From Nitrospira sp. (GTDB lineage: Bacteria > Nitrospirota > Nitrospiria > Nitrospirales > Nitrospiraceae): 64,000 bases of DNA. Under the pieces are notes generated by a model. It searched no databases and was not told the DNA's origin. It saw nothing but the letters and a program-made list of their open reading frames with translations. Every line of letters starts with the position of its first letter. Within the stretch, counting starts at the first letter, position 1. The translations under genes and the position numbers were made by a program. Below are positions 19,285-29,274 of the stretch, in pieces. The stretch spans positions 1,280,001 through 1,344,000 of the forward strand of contig AP038806.1 in the NCBI GenBank assembly GCA_047150005.1, read 5' to 3'.

Positions 19285-19941
19285 ATGTCGAGCGGCTCCC
19301 GGCTCGTGAGCCCGTTCCTCCTGGCATTGCTGCTCGTTCTCGTCCCGTTTGCCCGCGCCCGTGCATTCGACAATCCCCGCCTGGCTTCGGTACCGGCCTT
19401 GGCCGTTCTCAGCGACGGGCGGACGGGAGTCGTCCACTACATCGCCATTCAGATCTCCTCCGATCCCGGAGTGGACGGACCGGTCATTCAATTCAGCGAG
19501 ATCAATTTGGGGGGAGGTTCGCTGGTGGGGGACGACTGGAAAGCGGGCGTCAGGCAGGCCGTGCTGACCGCCTTACGACATCTCGGGACAGACGGGCGCG
19601 ACTGGGTGGTCACCATCAAGAATCGATCCCACAATGCCATGACCGACGGCATGAGCGCGAGCGGCGCGGTCGCGGTCGGCATCATGGCGGCCTGGCGAGG
19701 CGAGACCATACGGCCCGGTGTGGCATTGACCGGACAAATCGCGCCGAACGGCGACATTCTCGCAGTCGGCAGCGTCCCTCAGAAAGTCGACGCGGCGGCG
19801 CGAGAGCAGTTCAAGACCGTGCTTGTACCGCGAGGACAGTCCCACACGACGGAATGGGACCCCGGCAGCCAGACTCGACGGGTGACCGTCCTCGAGGTGG
19901 GCACGTTGGACGACGCCTATCAAGCAATGGCGGGTCCGTAA
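19285..19941 (+). CDS. Secreted stand-alone Lon-type (S16) protease domain
   Basis: GGAGG RBS, signal peptide, DGMSAS (Ser) and ALTGQI...VGSVPQK (Lys) dyad. Confidence 0.8.
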   Translation: MSSGSRLVSPFLLALLLVLVPFARARAFDNPRLASVPALAVLSDGRTGVVHYIAIQISSDPGVDGPVIQFSEINLGGGSLVGDDWKAGVRQAVLTALRHLGTDGRDWVVTIKNRSHNAMTDGMSASGAVAVGIMAAWRGETIRPGVALTGQIAPNGDILAVGSVPQKVDAAAREQFKTVLVPRGQSHTTEWDPGSQTRRVTVLEVGTLDDAYQAMAGP

Positions 19942-19951
19942 CGCTGAGCCG

Positions 19952-21958
19952 TTATTCCTGCGACGACTCAACAAGAAGACTCATCGCCCGCCTGATCTGT
20001 TCACGCGATCCCAGCAGCACCACGATATCGCCGCCCTTGAGCTTGGTCTTCAGAGACGGGTTGGATTCGGTGACGCCGGCACGGGTCCACGCGATGACGG
20101 AGGCCCCCGTGCGGGGACGGATCGCCAGATCGTCCAAGGTTTTTCCCACGGAAGGGGCGTCCTCCTCGATCCGGCACGTTTCAACCTCCGCATCGGTGAG
20201 GGTTCCGCCTCTCAGATGATGAGCCAGCTCGGGCAGCTCGCTGCGCCGCAACAGCGCATAGCCCTCCCGTCGGATTTGTTCGGCCTTCCGCGTCACGAAC
20301 TCCTGCGGCAGGTCGTAGGTGCGTAGGACGAGTGCGAAGATCTCGATGGACGTCTCGAATTCCTCAGGCACGACGTCGTCGGCTCCCAACTGATGCAGTT
20401 CCTCGAGCTCGCGCAGGTACCGCGTGCGCACGACCACGTGCAGTTTCGGATTGAGTCCCTTGGCCACCTGAACGGTCCGCCGGGTGACGAACGGATCCGA
20501 GATGGCGACGACCAGCACTTTGGCGTCCTCGATCTTCACATGACGCAACACGTTCGCATTCGTGGCGTCTCCGTAATACACCGGCACGCCGTGTTGGGCC
20601 TCCCGTCTGACCGTGTCGCCGTCGAGATCCAGCGCGACGTGCGGAATTTCCGTTTCACTCAAGACGCGCGCAAGATTGCGTCCGTTGAGCCCGTATCCGA
20701 CGATAATGACGTGGTCCTTGATTCGGATGTGCTTGCCTTCCGCTTGCAACGCGTGTGCTGTGGTGCGGGCGGGAAACCAATGCCGCAGGCGCTGCATCGC
20801 TTCCACACGCCGCGCCATCGCCGGGGACCACTCCATCAAGAACGGCGTGATGATCATCGAGAGAACCGAGACCGCCAAGAACACCTGATAGGGATCGCCC
20901 CGCAACAGACCACTCTCCTGCCCCTGTTGGGCCAGCAGAAAGCTGAACTCGCCCACTTGTGCCAATGCCACACCGACCATCAGCGCCGAGCGGGGCGGAA
21001 CCTCCACCGCAAGGGCGGCGGCCGCTCCGGCGACAAATTTCACCAGGAGGATGGCCGCCAGCAGTCCGGCGACCAGAAAGGGATGCTCGACCAGCACGCG
21101 CCAGTTCATGAGAATGCCGATCGACACGAAAAACAGACTGTTGAAACTGTCGCGGAACGGAAGCACCTCCGCCATGGCCTGGTGGCTGTACTCGGACTCC
21201 GAAATGACGAGGCCGGCGATGAAGGCGCCGAGGGCCAGGGAGAGGCCGCCTAGAGACGTCAACCAGGCGATGCCCAGACAGAGCACGATGACCGTGAGTA
21301 AGAACAATTCCCGACTCCGACTTCGGACGATATGTTCCAACAGTTTCGGGACGGCGTACCAGGCCGCGGCCACAACGAGACCGACCACCAGCGCAGACTT
21401 GCCCAACGTCGCGAGAATCGAGAGTCCGGCTCCCTCGGCGTGACTGGCGAGAATGGGCGTCAGCAGCATCATCGGAACGACGGCAAGATCCTGAAAGATC
21501 AGGATGCCGATCGTGGCGCGGCCGTGGATCGAATCACTGTCGCCGCGGTTCGCCAGCGTCTTCAAGACGATGGCCGTGCTGCTGAGTGAAATCATGAATC
21601 CCCAGAAAATTCCCTCCTGCCAGCGGAGCCCGGTCGGCAGGACAGCCAGGCAAGCCACGAGCAGGACGCCGCCGACCTGAATGGGCGCCGCAACCAGGAG
21701 CAGCCGTCGAAGGGACGCAAGCTGCACCAGCGAAAACTCAATCCCGATCGTGAAGAGGAGTAGCACGACGCCGATCTCGGCCAGAACCTGGACCGTTCCC
21801 ACATCGGAAATGAGGTTCAACCCGTGCGGCCCGATCAGCGCCCCTGCGACGAGAAACCCGGCGATCGAGGGAAGCCTGAATTGGTGGAAGACGAAGACGA
21901 CGGCGATCGACACCGAAAAAATGACGAGCAAATTGCCGAGCACACCATAATCCGTCAT
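19952..21958 (-). CDS. CPA2/Kef-type cation:proton antiporter with TrkA-N and TrkA-C domains
   Basis: AEIGVVLLLFTIGIEFS, LSSTAIV, FQDL, GEFSF, GYGLNG, YGDAT, PEEFETS. Confidence 0.92.
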   Translation of the reverse strand: MTDYGVLGNLLVIFSVSIAVVFVFHQFRLPSIAGFLVAGALIGPHGLNLISDVGTVQVLAEIGVVLLLFTIGIEFSLVQLASLRRLLLVAAPIQVGGVLLVACLAVLPTGLRWQEGIFWGFMISLSSTAIVLKTLANRGDSDSIHGRATIGILIFQDLAVVPMMLLTPILASHAEGAGLSILATLGKSALVVGLVVAAAWYAVPKLLEHIVRSRSRELFLLTVIVLCLGIAWLTSLGGLSLALGAFIAGLVISESEYSHQAMAEVLPFRDSFNSLFFVSIGILMNWRVLVEHPFLVAGLLAAILLVKFVAGAAAALAVEVPPRSALMVGVALAQVGEFSFLLAQQGQESGLLRGDPYQVFLAVSVLSMIITPFLMEWSPAMARRVEAMQRLRHWFPARTTAHALQAEGKHIRIKDHVIIVGYGLNGRNLARVLSETEIPHVALDLDGDTVRREAQHGVPVYYGDATNANVLRHVKIEDAKVLVVAISDPFVTRRTVQVAKGLNPKLHVVVRTRYLRELEELHQLGADDVVPEEFETSIEIFALVLRTYDLPQEFVTRKAEQIRREGYALLRRSELPELAHHLRGGTLTDAEVETCRIEEDAPSVGKTLDDLAIRPRTGASVIAWTRAGVTESNPSLKTKLKGGDIVVLLGSREQIRRAMSLLVESSQE

Positions 21959-22059
21959 GTCGATCCTTGCTCCGAGAGTGAAGCGGAGGATACCGCAGCA
22001 TGGCCTAATGGACAAGGTACAGCTTGTCCCGCCCGCGACCCTTTTTGTAAAGTGGCCCG

Positions 22060-22839
22060 ATGCCACCGAACTTGCGTCAGACGATCGGCGCGATCATTTT
22101 CGACTTCAACGGCGTGCTGGCCGATGATGAGACGCCTCATGTCCTGTGCTTTCAGCAGGCACTGGCCGAGTTCGGCCTGTCGCTGACCGTGGAGGACTAC
22201 TACGGCGCGTACCTCGGCATGGATGAGCGGACCTGCGCCGCATTGCTGCTGAGGGCGCGAGGCGACGGCCACAACGACGGCCTGCTCGACCGCGTCATTG
22301 CCAGGAAGACCGAACTCTTCGCGCTCCGAACCGCCGACGACAAGCCGCCGTTGTTCCCCGGCGCGGCCGAATTTGTGAAGGCCGCCCGCGCCACGTACCG
22401 GCTGGCCATCGCGTCAGGAGGCCGGCGCCATCAGATCGACCGAGCCATCCAAGGAACTCCGATCGAGCGAGACTTCGATGTCATGGTCGCGGCCGAAGAT
22501 TGCCCGATCGGAAAGCCCGACCCCGCCATTTATCGCATGACACTCGCGCGCCTCAACAACGCAGGACATACGCCTTTGTCCGCCTCGAACTGTCTGGTGA
22601 TCGAGGACTCACTCGCCGGCATCCGAGCAGCCCGACAAGCCGGCATGAAGATCCTCGCCGTGGCCACGACCTATCCCGCCGAAAAACTGCGCGAAGCCGA
22701 TGGGGTGTTGCCCGGTTTCTTCGGCCTCACACCGGAAGCAGCGATCGGCATGCTGACCGGAATCGGCCCGGACGGCCGCCTCCCGCATCCGGCACCCATC
22801 ACCGTGCCTGTGACAGCGACCCCCTCGAAAGGTGAATAG
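22060..22839 (+). CDS. HAD-family phosphatase
   Basis: FDFNGVLAD, GKPDPAIY, IEDSLAG. Confidence 0.9.
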   Translation: MPPNLRQTIGAIIFDFNGVLADDETPHVLCFQQALAEFGLSLTVEDYYGAYLGMDERTCAALLLRARGDGHNDGLLDRVIARKTELFALRTADDKPPLFPGAAEFVKAARATYRLAIASGGRRHQIDRAIQGTPIERDFDVMVAAEDCPIGKPDPAIYRMTLARLNNAGHTPLSASNCLVIEDSLAGIRAARQAGMKILAVATTYPAEKLREADGVLPGFFGLTPEAAIGMLTGIGPDGRLPHPAPITVPVTATPSKGE

Positions 22840-22952
22840 ACGCTGCGCGAGCCGGTGGCATAGCTTGTCGGCACCGATGGTGGATCGTTCGAGAACTGGA
22901 CGATCCGCACGTGTCAACACCGATTGTCTTACGAATTCAGGGGAGGTGCTTT

Positions 22953-23534
22953 ATGCGGCCACGCGATGTGTACCGGGTCGTGGCGACCATGGCGATGATG
23001 TGGACGGCGATGTCGGCGATGTCGAATGCCTCGGAACAGACCGACGTCGATCTCGGCACCATGTGGAGTTGTCCGCTCCCGGATGGCACCGTCCTGTATA
23101 CCAATAAGGACAGTAAGAATAGAGGCGGCTGCACGCCGATGGAGTTGAAGCCCTTGTCGGTCGTGCCGTCATTAGACAACATGCCAACCTATCGCCCTCC
23201 GGTCGCCGTGGCCCCGCAATATGACGTGCCCCCGGTGGATCGAGCCGTCGGTCCGTCTGGAGCATCGGCAGCGCCTGATTGGGCCAAGGATTGGCACGCC
23301 AGCGTGGCCTCCTCCGGAACGGTGCATGCAGAGGTGTGCTCCATGTATAGCGAGTGGCTACACCTGGACCAGAAGACGCGAGGCGGGATGTTCTTCGGAT
23401 CAGACCCGTCCTATGGAGGAGATCTCTCCGCTCAGAATCAGCGGGGCCCCAGTTATTCCTTCTACGACAACACCCGTTGGCTGGCATTGAGCCGGATGTT
23501 CGGCACGGGATTCGTTCCGGTCGGCTGTCTCTGA
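22953..23534 (+). CDS. Exported hypothetical protein (DUF4124-like N-terminus)
   Basis: GGAGG RBS, signal peptide, WSCPLPDGTVLYTNK...GC. Confidence 0.7.
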   Translation: MRPRDVYRVVATMAMMWTAMSAMSNASEQTDVDLGTMWSCPLPDGTVLYTNKDSKNRGGCTPMELKPLSVVPSLDNMPTYRPPVAVAPQYDVPPVDRAVGPSGASAAPDWAKDWHASVASSGTVHAEVCSMYSEWLHLDQKTRGGMFFGSDPSYGGDLSAQNQRGPSYSFYDNTRWLALSRMFGTGFVPVGCL

Positions 23535-23628
23535 CAATCCTGGTTGGAGCGGCAAATTCGATCGTCTCAACATCGCCGGCTCGGGAGGCATCTGATTCAC
23601 CTGAGCCGGCCCGTCTGCTTCCCGTCGC

Positions 23629-24672
23629 TCAGACCTTGTAAAACTCCCGATACCACTGCACGAAACGGGGCACTCCGACTTCGATCGGCGTCGCGGGCTT
23701 GAATCCGACGTCTCGAGCGAGGTCGTCGATGTCCGCATAGGTCGCCGGCACATCCCCCGGCTGCAACGGCAGCAGCCGCTTCTCCGCCTTCTTACCGACG
23801 GCCTGTTCCAGCACCTCGATGAACCGTAGCAATTCCACCGGCTGATGATTGCCGATGTTGTAGACCCGCGCGGGGGCCGAACTGGTTCCGGGATCCGGAG
23901 AGTCACCCGACCACTGGGGATTCGGTTCCGCCCGGCGATCCAGCGTGCGCACGACCCCTTCGACGATGTCGTCGACGTAGGTGAAGTCGCGACGCATCTT
24001 TCCATGGTTGAAGACGTCGATTGGTTTCCCTTCCAGGATGGCCTTCGTGAAAATGAAGAGCGCCATGTCGGGCCGCCCCCAGGGACCATAGACGGTGAAG
24101 AACCGGAGCCCCGTACAGGGAATGCGGTACAGATGCGCGTAGGAATGGGCCATCAACTCGTTGGCCTTTTTGCTGGCCGCATAGAGGGAGACGGGATGGT
24201 CCACATTGTCGTGTATGGAGAAGGGCATCTGGGTGTTGCCGCCGTAGACGGAGCTCGACGAGGCATACACCAGATGTTCGATCCCGCCATGCCGGCACCC
24301 TTCGAGCACGTTCAGGAAGCCTTCGATGTTGCTGTCGGTATACGCATGGGGATTGACCAGGGAATATCGGACGCCAGCCTGCGCCGCAAGATGAACGACT
24401 CGCTTGATCGGATGCTCGGCGAACAGCTCCTTCATGCCGAGTCGATTGGCAAGATCGAGTTTGACAAACTGGAAGCCGGCCAGCGCCGTCAGTTGAGCCA
24501 GTCGAGCCTGTTTCAAACGGACATCATAATAGTCGTTCACGTTGTCGAGGCCGATCACGGAATCGCCTCGCGCGATCAACCGCTTGACGACGTGGAAACC
24601 GATAAAACCGGCGGCTCCCGTGACGAGAATCACTCTGTTCGAATCACCCATGCGCATCCTCTCCCTCGACAT
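23629..24672 (-). CDS. NAD-dependent epimerase (UDP-glucuronate 4-epimerase-like)
   Basis: [39 protein letters not shown]. Confidence 0.93.
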   Translation of the reverse strand: MSRERMRMGDSNRVILVTGAAGFIGFHVVKRLIARGDSVIGLDNVNDYYDVRLKQARLAQLTALAGFQFVKLDLANRLGMKELFAEHPIKRVVHLAAQAGVRYSLVNPHAYTDSNIEGFLNVLEGCRHGGIEHLVYASSSSVYGGNTQMPFSIHDNVDHPVSLYAASKKANELMAHSYAHLYRIPCTGLRFFTVYGPWGRPDMALFIFTKAILEGKPIDVFNHGKMRRDFTYVDDIVEGVVRTLDRRAEPNPQWSGDSPDPGTSSAPARVYNIGNHQPVELLRFIEVLEQAVGKKAEKRLLPLQPGDVPATYADIDDLARDVGFKPATPIEVGVPRFVQWYREFYKV

Positions 24673-24680
24673 GCCTGTCG

Positions 24681-26312
24681 CTACGTCCGCCGCCCTGTCT
24701 TCATGAAGGCCGGTTCTCCGAATGCCGCCGTGTATAGGGTCATCGGCTCAAGGCTTCCACCCGCCGACTGGACGTCGATCGTCCCGTCCCGTGTCAGCCG
24801 ATACCGGTCGAACGCTTGGGCATAATGATACCCGCAACCCAGAGGAGAGAGAAAGGCTTTCAGATTTTCCGGAGGCTCCCAATGCGCCGTGAGCAGCGCC
24901 GTTCTCGCGGGATTTCTCCGACTGAACATAAAGGACAGATGATCGGGGTACCAATCCGCACCTCCGGTGGCGTACGAGACGAACGCTTTTGCGCGGGCCG
25001 CCGCGCAGATCTCGGCCAGGTAGGCGTTGGTGAGGTAGCCGTTCTCGCCGATGTCGAGCCACTTGCCCGGATGGGACAGGGCGGCATGCGCGGCATGACT
25101 CCGGAGTTCGAGCAATTGCTGCTGCGAGGCAAACACGAGGGGGATCGGCCCGTACTTGTGGACCAGCCGGGCGAGAATATGCTCCTTCAGCGCGGAGCGT
25201 CCGTCGTTGGTCGGACCACTGTCGGCATGCACCAGAACATTGTAGCCCCGGTCGCTGATCAGATAACAGTTTCGCGGCATCTCCAAGTCACAGGGATCTT
25301 CCCCGTAAAACGGAACGGAGACGACGGCCCCTCCTTCGAAGGACCAAGCCTCGCCATGAGCCAGCTCGATCACGTGAGCGAATCCCAGCTCCCGAAGCAG
25401 CGACAGGTAATCGAAGAAGAAGTGCTTGCGGTTGCGCCGGCTCGGCACGATGATGGGTGTCTCCTTGGGAAGATGCAGGAGCGTGCGCGGGTCCACATGG
25501 TCGTCATGATCGTGGGTCAAGAACACGGCGGCCGGCTTGGGCAACAGTGCACCCCAGGGAGACGGCACGGACGATTCCGCGTACCAGGGCAGCAGCCAGG
25601 GGTCGAAGAGCAGGGCCTGCTCCCGTTGCCGATACAGCAACGCGGCATGGCCGAGGTGGACCGTGTCCTGATCCTGCACGACCTCGAACCACTGTTGCCG
25701 GACCGCGGCCTGGGGCGAACTGGCGAGACACTCATATTGATGGAAGGCCTCCATCAGTCGAATGAGCACGACCTGCGCCTCCCTCGGCGAGGCCGTGACC
25801 ACCGTCCTGATCTCCTCGACCTGTCGGGTACCGTCCAGCATGCCCAGGACCTTTCCGATCACGGGGCCGAGGGGACGCTGCTCGAAGCCGATCGGGATCG
25901 CCTGCCGCCTCACCGAATGAAAAATCCGCAGTCCTCCGTTCGTCACCGTGGACGACTTCGTCGGATCAGTCGGGAACTCCCAGTGAAAGCTGCCGTCGGG
26001 CTTGCGCCCGCAGGCGATATGTCGTTGCAGATAGGGCCGTGCCGCGATGAGTTCCGAATAGGCGTCTTCCAGGCGCCGGCGACGGTCCGGGTCATCCAGA
26101 GGCGCTCGTTTGGAAAAGACGTCGCTGATGGCGGTGTCGATGGAACTGGCCAGCAGGCTGTGCGCTTCATGAAGGCTCGCGATGATGTCGGAGCCCGCAC
26201 CGCCGATGAAGGGAAAGGGACCGGGCGGTTCGCCGCTTTCCAACTGGACCCAGACCCACGGCACGAGACTCAGATAGTGCTGCCGCGGATAGTGGTCCCA
26301 GATGCGGCTCAT
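24681..26312 (-). CDS. MBL-fold metallo-enzyme with long N-terminal domain
   Basis: [30 protein letters not shown]. Confidence 0.85.
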   Translation of the reverse strand: MSRIWDHYPRQHYLSLVPWVWVQLESGEPPGPFPFIGGAGSDIIASLHEAHSLLASSIDTAISDVFSKRAPLDDPDRRRRLEDAYSELIAARPYLQRHIACGRKPDGSFHWEFPTDPTKSSTVTNGGLRIFHSVRRQAIPIGFEQRPLGPVIGKVLGMLDGTRQVEEIRTVVTASPREAQVVLIRLMEAFHQYECLASSPQAAVRQQWFEVVQDQDTVHLGHAALLYRQREQALLFDPWLLPWYAESSVPSPWGALLPKPAAVFLTHDHDDHVDPRTLLHLPKETPIIVPSRRNRKHFFFDYLSLLRELGFAHVIELAHGEAWSFEGGAVVSVPFYGEDPCDLEMPRNCYLISDRGYNVLVHADSGPTNDGRSALKEHILARLVHKYGPIPLVFASQQQLLELRSHAAHAALSHPGKWLDIGENGYLTNAYLAEICAAARAKAFVSYATGGADWYPDHLSFMFSRRNPARTALLTAHWEPPENLKAFLSPLGCGYHYAQAFDRYRLTRDGTIDVQSAGGSLEPMTLYTAAFGEPAFMKTGRRT

Positions 26313-26518
26313 AGTGCTGAGTGCTGAGTGCTGAGTGCTGAGACGAGCAGACTGGCTGCCATGTCAAACCTGTTCCGCACGGTGACGTTGGACGGCTGAT
26401 CTTAGACCGCCGAGAATACCAGGGACTTCCTGTGCAAGGCTCATCAGACTGTGCAACTTCTTGCTGCGCCTCGTCCCGACACAATCGCCTTTCTCAGCAC
26501 TCAGGTCTCAGCACTGAA
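26313..26518. repeat. Heptamer (AGTGCTG)n arrays in inverted orientation
   Basis: AGTGCTG x4 at 26313-26340; inverted CTCAGCACTCAGgtCTCAGCACTGAA at 26493-26518. Confidence 0.85.
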
Positions 26519-26938
26519 TTGCAGCCTGCTGATGGTAGGTTCGTACAGTGCTTGAATGACGTTCCCGTCGGGATCGGAGAAGTAAAACGAGTAGCTGCCG
26601 TCTCGATGCTGTTTCGGTTCTTTGGCGATCGCCCCACCCAGTGAGGCGATCTTCGGCGCCATCGCGGCATACATGCGGTCGACCGCTTGAGGGCTCTCGA
26701 CGATCACGCCCAGATGATCCAACAGCTGCCCGGTCGCCGCAGTATAGGCCTGCAGCTCGCCCGGGCTGATTTGGTGCAACGCCAGATTGTCTGTCCCGGA
26801 GCTGAAATACACATTGTCCGGATCCGGTTCCCATACCACCGTCATCCCCAACAATTGCTCATAAAACGCCCGGGAGCGTGTCAAGTTGGTGACGCGGAGC
26901 GCCACATGTCGTAAGCCACGATGAGCGGGAACATCCAT
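26501..26938 (-). CDS. VOC/glyoxalase family protein
   Basis: GLRHVALRV, LDHLG, SFYFSDPDGNVI. Confidence 0.9.
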   Translation of the reverse strand: MDVPAHRGLRHVALRVTNLTRSRAFYEQLLGMTVVWEPDPDNVYFSSGTDNLALHQISPGELQAYTAATGQLLDHLGVIVESPQAVDRMYAAMAPKIASLGGAIAKEPKQHRDGSYSFYFSDPDGNVIQALYEPTISRLQFSAET

Positions 26939-26956
26939 ACCGGTCTCGCTGTCGTT

Positions 26957-26985
26957 ATAGTAGGTAACGCCCGCTCCGCCGTCAA
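26957..26985 (-). promoter_or_regulatory. Sigma70 promoter of VOC gene
   Basis: TTGACG-N17-TACTAT. Confidence 0.6.
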
Positions 26986-27078
26986 TTCGATTTTCCGCCG
27001 CACTGATCCGGCTGCGAATGGTCGAACGGCTGTGTTACGATGCCGTGCACCAGCCATCCCAACAAGGAGAACTGCATA

Positions 27079-27894
27079 ATGCGTGGTTCGCTCTCGTTGC
27101 TGATCGTCGCCGTCGTCTTGTGCCTGCCTCTCGCAACTCGCGCCGCCGACTCGGTGTCGTCCGGGAACGACGAGGCTCCGATGGTGAAGGTCCCGGCCGG
27201 ACCGTTCCCGATGGGCGTGCCACCCGGAGATCGGGACGGAGGCCGAGATGAATACCCCCGCCATGAAGTCTACTTGGACGCCTATGAGATCGACCTCTAC
27301 GAAATGACGAACGCCCGGTATCAGGCATTCGTCAAAGCCACGGGTCACCGCGTGCCCCAAAACCCTAAGAATCCGACCAGGAATCTCTGGCAAGGCGAAA
27401 CGGTTTCCGATACGCTTGCCGACCGACCGGTCGTGAACGTGGATTGGGCCGATGCGGCCGCCTACTGTCGCTGGGCGGGCAAACGACTGCCGACGGAGGC
27501 CGAATGGGAAAAGGCCGCCAAGGGAAATACCGACCACCGTTTCCCGTGGGGGAACGTCGAACCCACCAACAAGCATCTGAATTTCAACCAGAAATGGATC
27601 GGCGAGAAGACCCTCATGCCGATCGGGAGTTATGAGGCGGGAAAGAGCCCCTACGGTGCCTACGACATGGCGGGAAACGTCTGGGAGTGGGTCCACGACT
27701 GGTACGATCCGCGGTACTACGAAAAAAGCCCGAGTAAGAATCCCAAAGGGCCCGACAGCGGAACCAAGCGAGTGCTTCGCGGATCCGGATGGCAGAATGA
27801 AACCCCCACCGTCCGCATTTTCACTCGCGTAGAGAGCGATCCGACGGTCCGCAACGAATCAACCGGCTTTCGTTGCGCGCGGGATGCGAAATAA
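27079..27894 (+). CDS. FGE-sulfatase (SUMF1/EgtB/PvdO) domain exported protein
   Basis: PVVNVDWADA, KRLPTEAEWEKAA, DMAGNVWEW, GFRCA; AAGGAG RBS and signal peptide. Confidence 0.9.
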   Translation: MRGSLSLLIVAVVLCLPLATRAADSVSSGNDEAPMVKVPAGPFPMGVPPGDRDGGRDEYPRHEVYLDAYEIDLYEMTNARYQAFVKATGHRVPQNPKNPTRNLWQGETVSDTLADRPVVNVDWADAAAYCRWAGKRLPTEAEWEKAAKGNTDHRFPWGNVEPTNKHLNFNQKWIGEKTLMPIGSYEAGKSPYGAYDMAGNVWEWVHDWYDPRYYEKSPSKNPKGPDSGTKRVLRGSGWQNETPTVRIFTRVESDPTVRNESTGFRCARDAK

Positions 27895-27939
27895 TCGTTT
27901 GCGCTGAGGAACTCTCCACCGTCATGGTACAAGAAGGCC

Positions 27940-29208
27940 ATGACTCGATCCGACCAGACCGAGCTGCTCCGGACCAAGAGCCGGCAATTGGCTGTGGGCA
28001 CGCTCAAGCTGTTCGGCACGCTCCCGAGAAGTCCCGAAATTCTGGCGCTCGAACCCTCGGTCGTCAAGGCAGCCGCCTCCTTGGCCGCAAGTTGCCGGGC
28101 TCTTGCGCGGTCCGTCTCGAAAACTGAGGACCCGGCCAGGCGGCGCGATGCGGCGAACGACGCCGACGACTGCCTGTTCTGGCTGGACTTGCTCCGGGCG
28201 ACCGTGACGGAGCACGAGCCGGCCATCCACCCCCTCCTCGAAGAACTGACGGACATCATGGCGCTGCTGTCGACCGACGGTGATCCGGACGGGCCTCCTT
28301 CCGTCGAAACTCCTCTTAGCCGGGCGCCGGTCACCGAAGCGATCAAGCCCCAGGCGGCGGACGGCGAGACGACCGGACGAACGCTGCGCATGCTGTCGTT
28401 CGAGAGTCGCATGGCCAAGGAGATGGGCCGGTTGATCGAGCATGTCGGCGGCACGCCGCTGGTGACCCCGGCCCTTCGCGAAATTCCCATTCCCCTCCAG
28501 GATAACGGTGCCGTACTTCGGTTCGGCGTGAAACTCATGCTCCGCCAGATCGATATTCTGATCCTGCTCACGGGCGTCGGCACCAGGGCGTTGCTTGAAA
28601 CCCTCCAAATCCGCTACCCGCTCGCACAACTCATTGACGCCCTGACGCACACCATGATCGTGACGCGAGGGCCGAAACCGCTGGCCGCGCTGAAACATAT
28701 CGGGGTGGAATCGAATCTCACCGTGCCGGAGCCGAATACCTGGCAGGACGTCGTCGCGACGCTCGACTATTACAGGCCTGTGCAGGGATTGCGGATCGCC
28801 GTGCAGGAATACGGCATTTCCAATCCAGACCTGATCAACGATCTCAAAATCAGGGGAGCGGAGGTCTTCGCCGTGCCGGTCTACCGATGGGCCATGCCGA
28901 TCGACACGGCGCCGCTTGCCGGAGCGATCGAGGAAATAGTACAGGGCGCGATCGATGTGGTGTTGGTGACGAACGCGGCCCAGATTGACCACGTCATGCA
29001 ACTGGTCGAGCGCACGGGCCGAACCGAGGCCTTTCGGGCCGCCTGCCAGCGGCTGGTGGTGGCCTCCATCGGACCCACCGCCAGCGAACGCCTCCGGCAC
29101 TACGACATTCCAGTCGACCTCGAACCCTCCCATCCGAAGATGGGCATCCTGGTCAAGGAAGCCGCGACACTGGCACCGGCCCTGCTCCAGAGAAAACGAG
29201 GCGCGTAG
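27940..29208 (+). CDS. hemD: Uroporphyrinogen-III synthase with N-terminal four-helix-bundle-like domain
   Basis: C-terminal part LSFESR, LLTGVG, RGPKP, VQEYG, VPVYRW, SIGPTASE; N-terminal ~115-aa helical domain. Confidence 0.8.
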   Translation: MTRSDQTELLRTKSRQLAVGTLKLFGTLPRSPEILALEPSVVKAAASLAASCRALARSVSKTEDPARRRDAANDADDCLFWLDLLRATVTEHEPAIHPLLEELTDIMALLSTDGDPDGPPSVETPLSRAPVTEAIKPQAADGETTGRTLRMLSFESRMAKEMGRLIEHVGGTPLVTPALREIPIPLQDNGAVLRFGVKLMLRQIDILILLTGVGTRALLETLQIRYPLAQLIDALTHTMIVTRGPKPLAALKHIGVESNLTVPEPNTWQDVVATLDYYRPVQGLRIAVQEYGISNPDLINDLKIRGAEVFAVPVYRWAMPIDTAPLAGAIEEIVQGAIDVVLVTNAAQIDHVMQLVERTGRTEAFRAACQRLVVASIGPTASERLRHYDIPVDLEPSHPKMGILVKEAATLAPALLQRKRGA

Positions 29209-29217
29209 ATAATCAGG

Positions 29218-29252
29218 CATGAGGGAAACCCGGGCCACGGGTTTCCCTCATG
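29218..29252. terminator. Bidirectional terminator hairpin
   Basis: Perfect 15-bp stem CATGAGGGAAACCCG ggcca CGGGTTTCCCTCATG between convergent genes. Confidence 0.8.
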
Positions 29253-29274
29253 TCGATCGCGCCGGCAGAACCGA

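Noticed and set aside
22856..22872. TGGCATAGCTTGTC upstream of the 22953 gene as a sigma54 promoter
   Set aside because: No GC at the -12 position
26313..26518. Repeats as a CRISPR array or IS ends
   Set aside because: Units are 7-bp tandem with no spacers, and no cas or transposase gene is in the window
27940..28290. Diversity-generating retroelement suggested by the Avd-like domain and FGE-fold (CLec-like) neighbours
   Set aside because: No reverse transcriptase and no template/variable repeat pair seen
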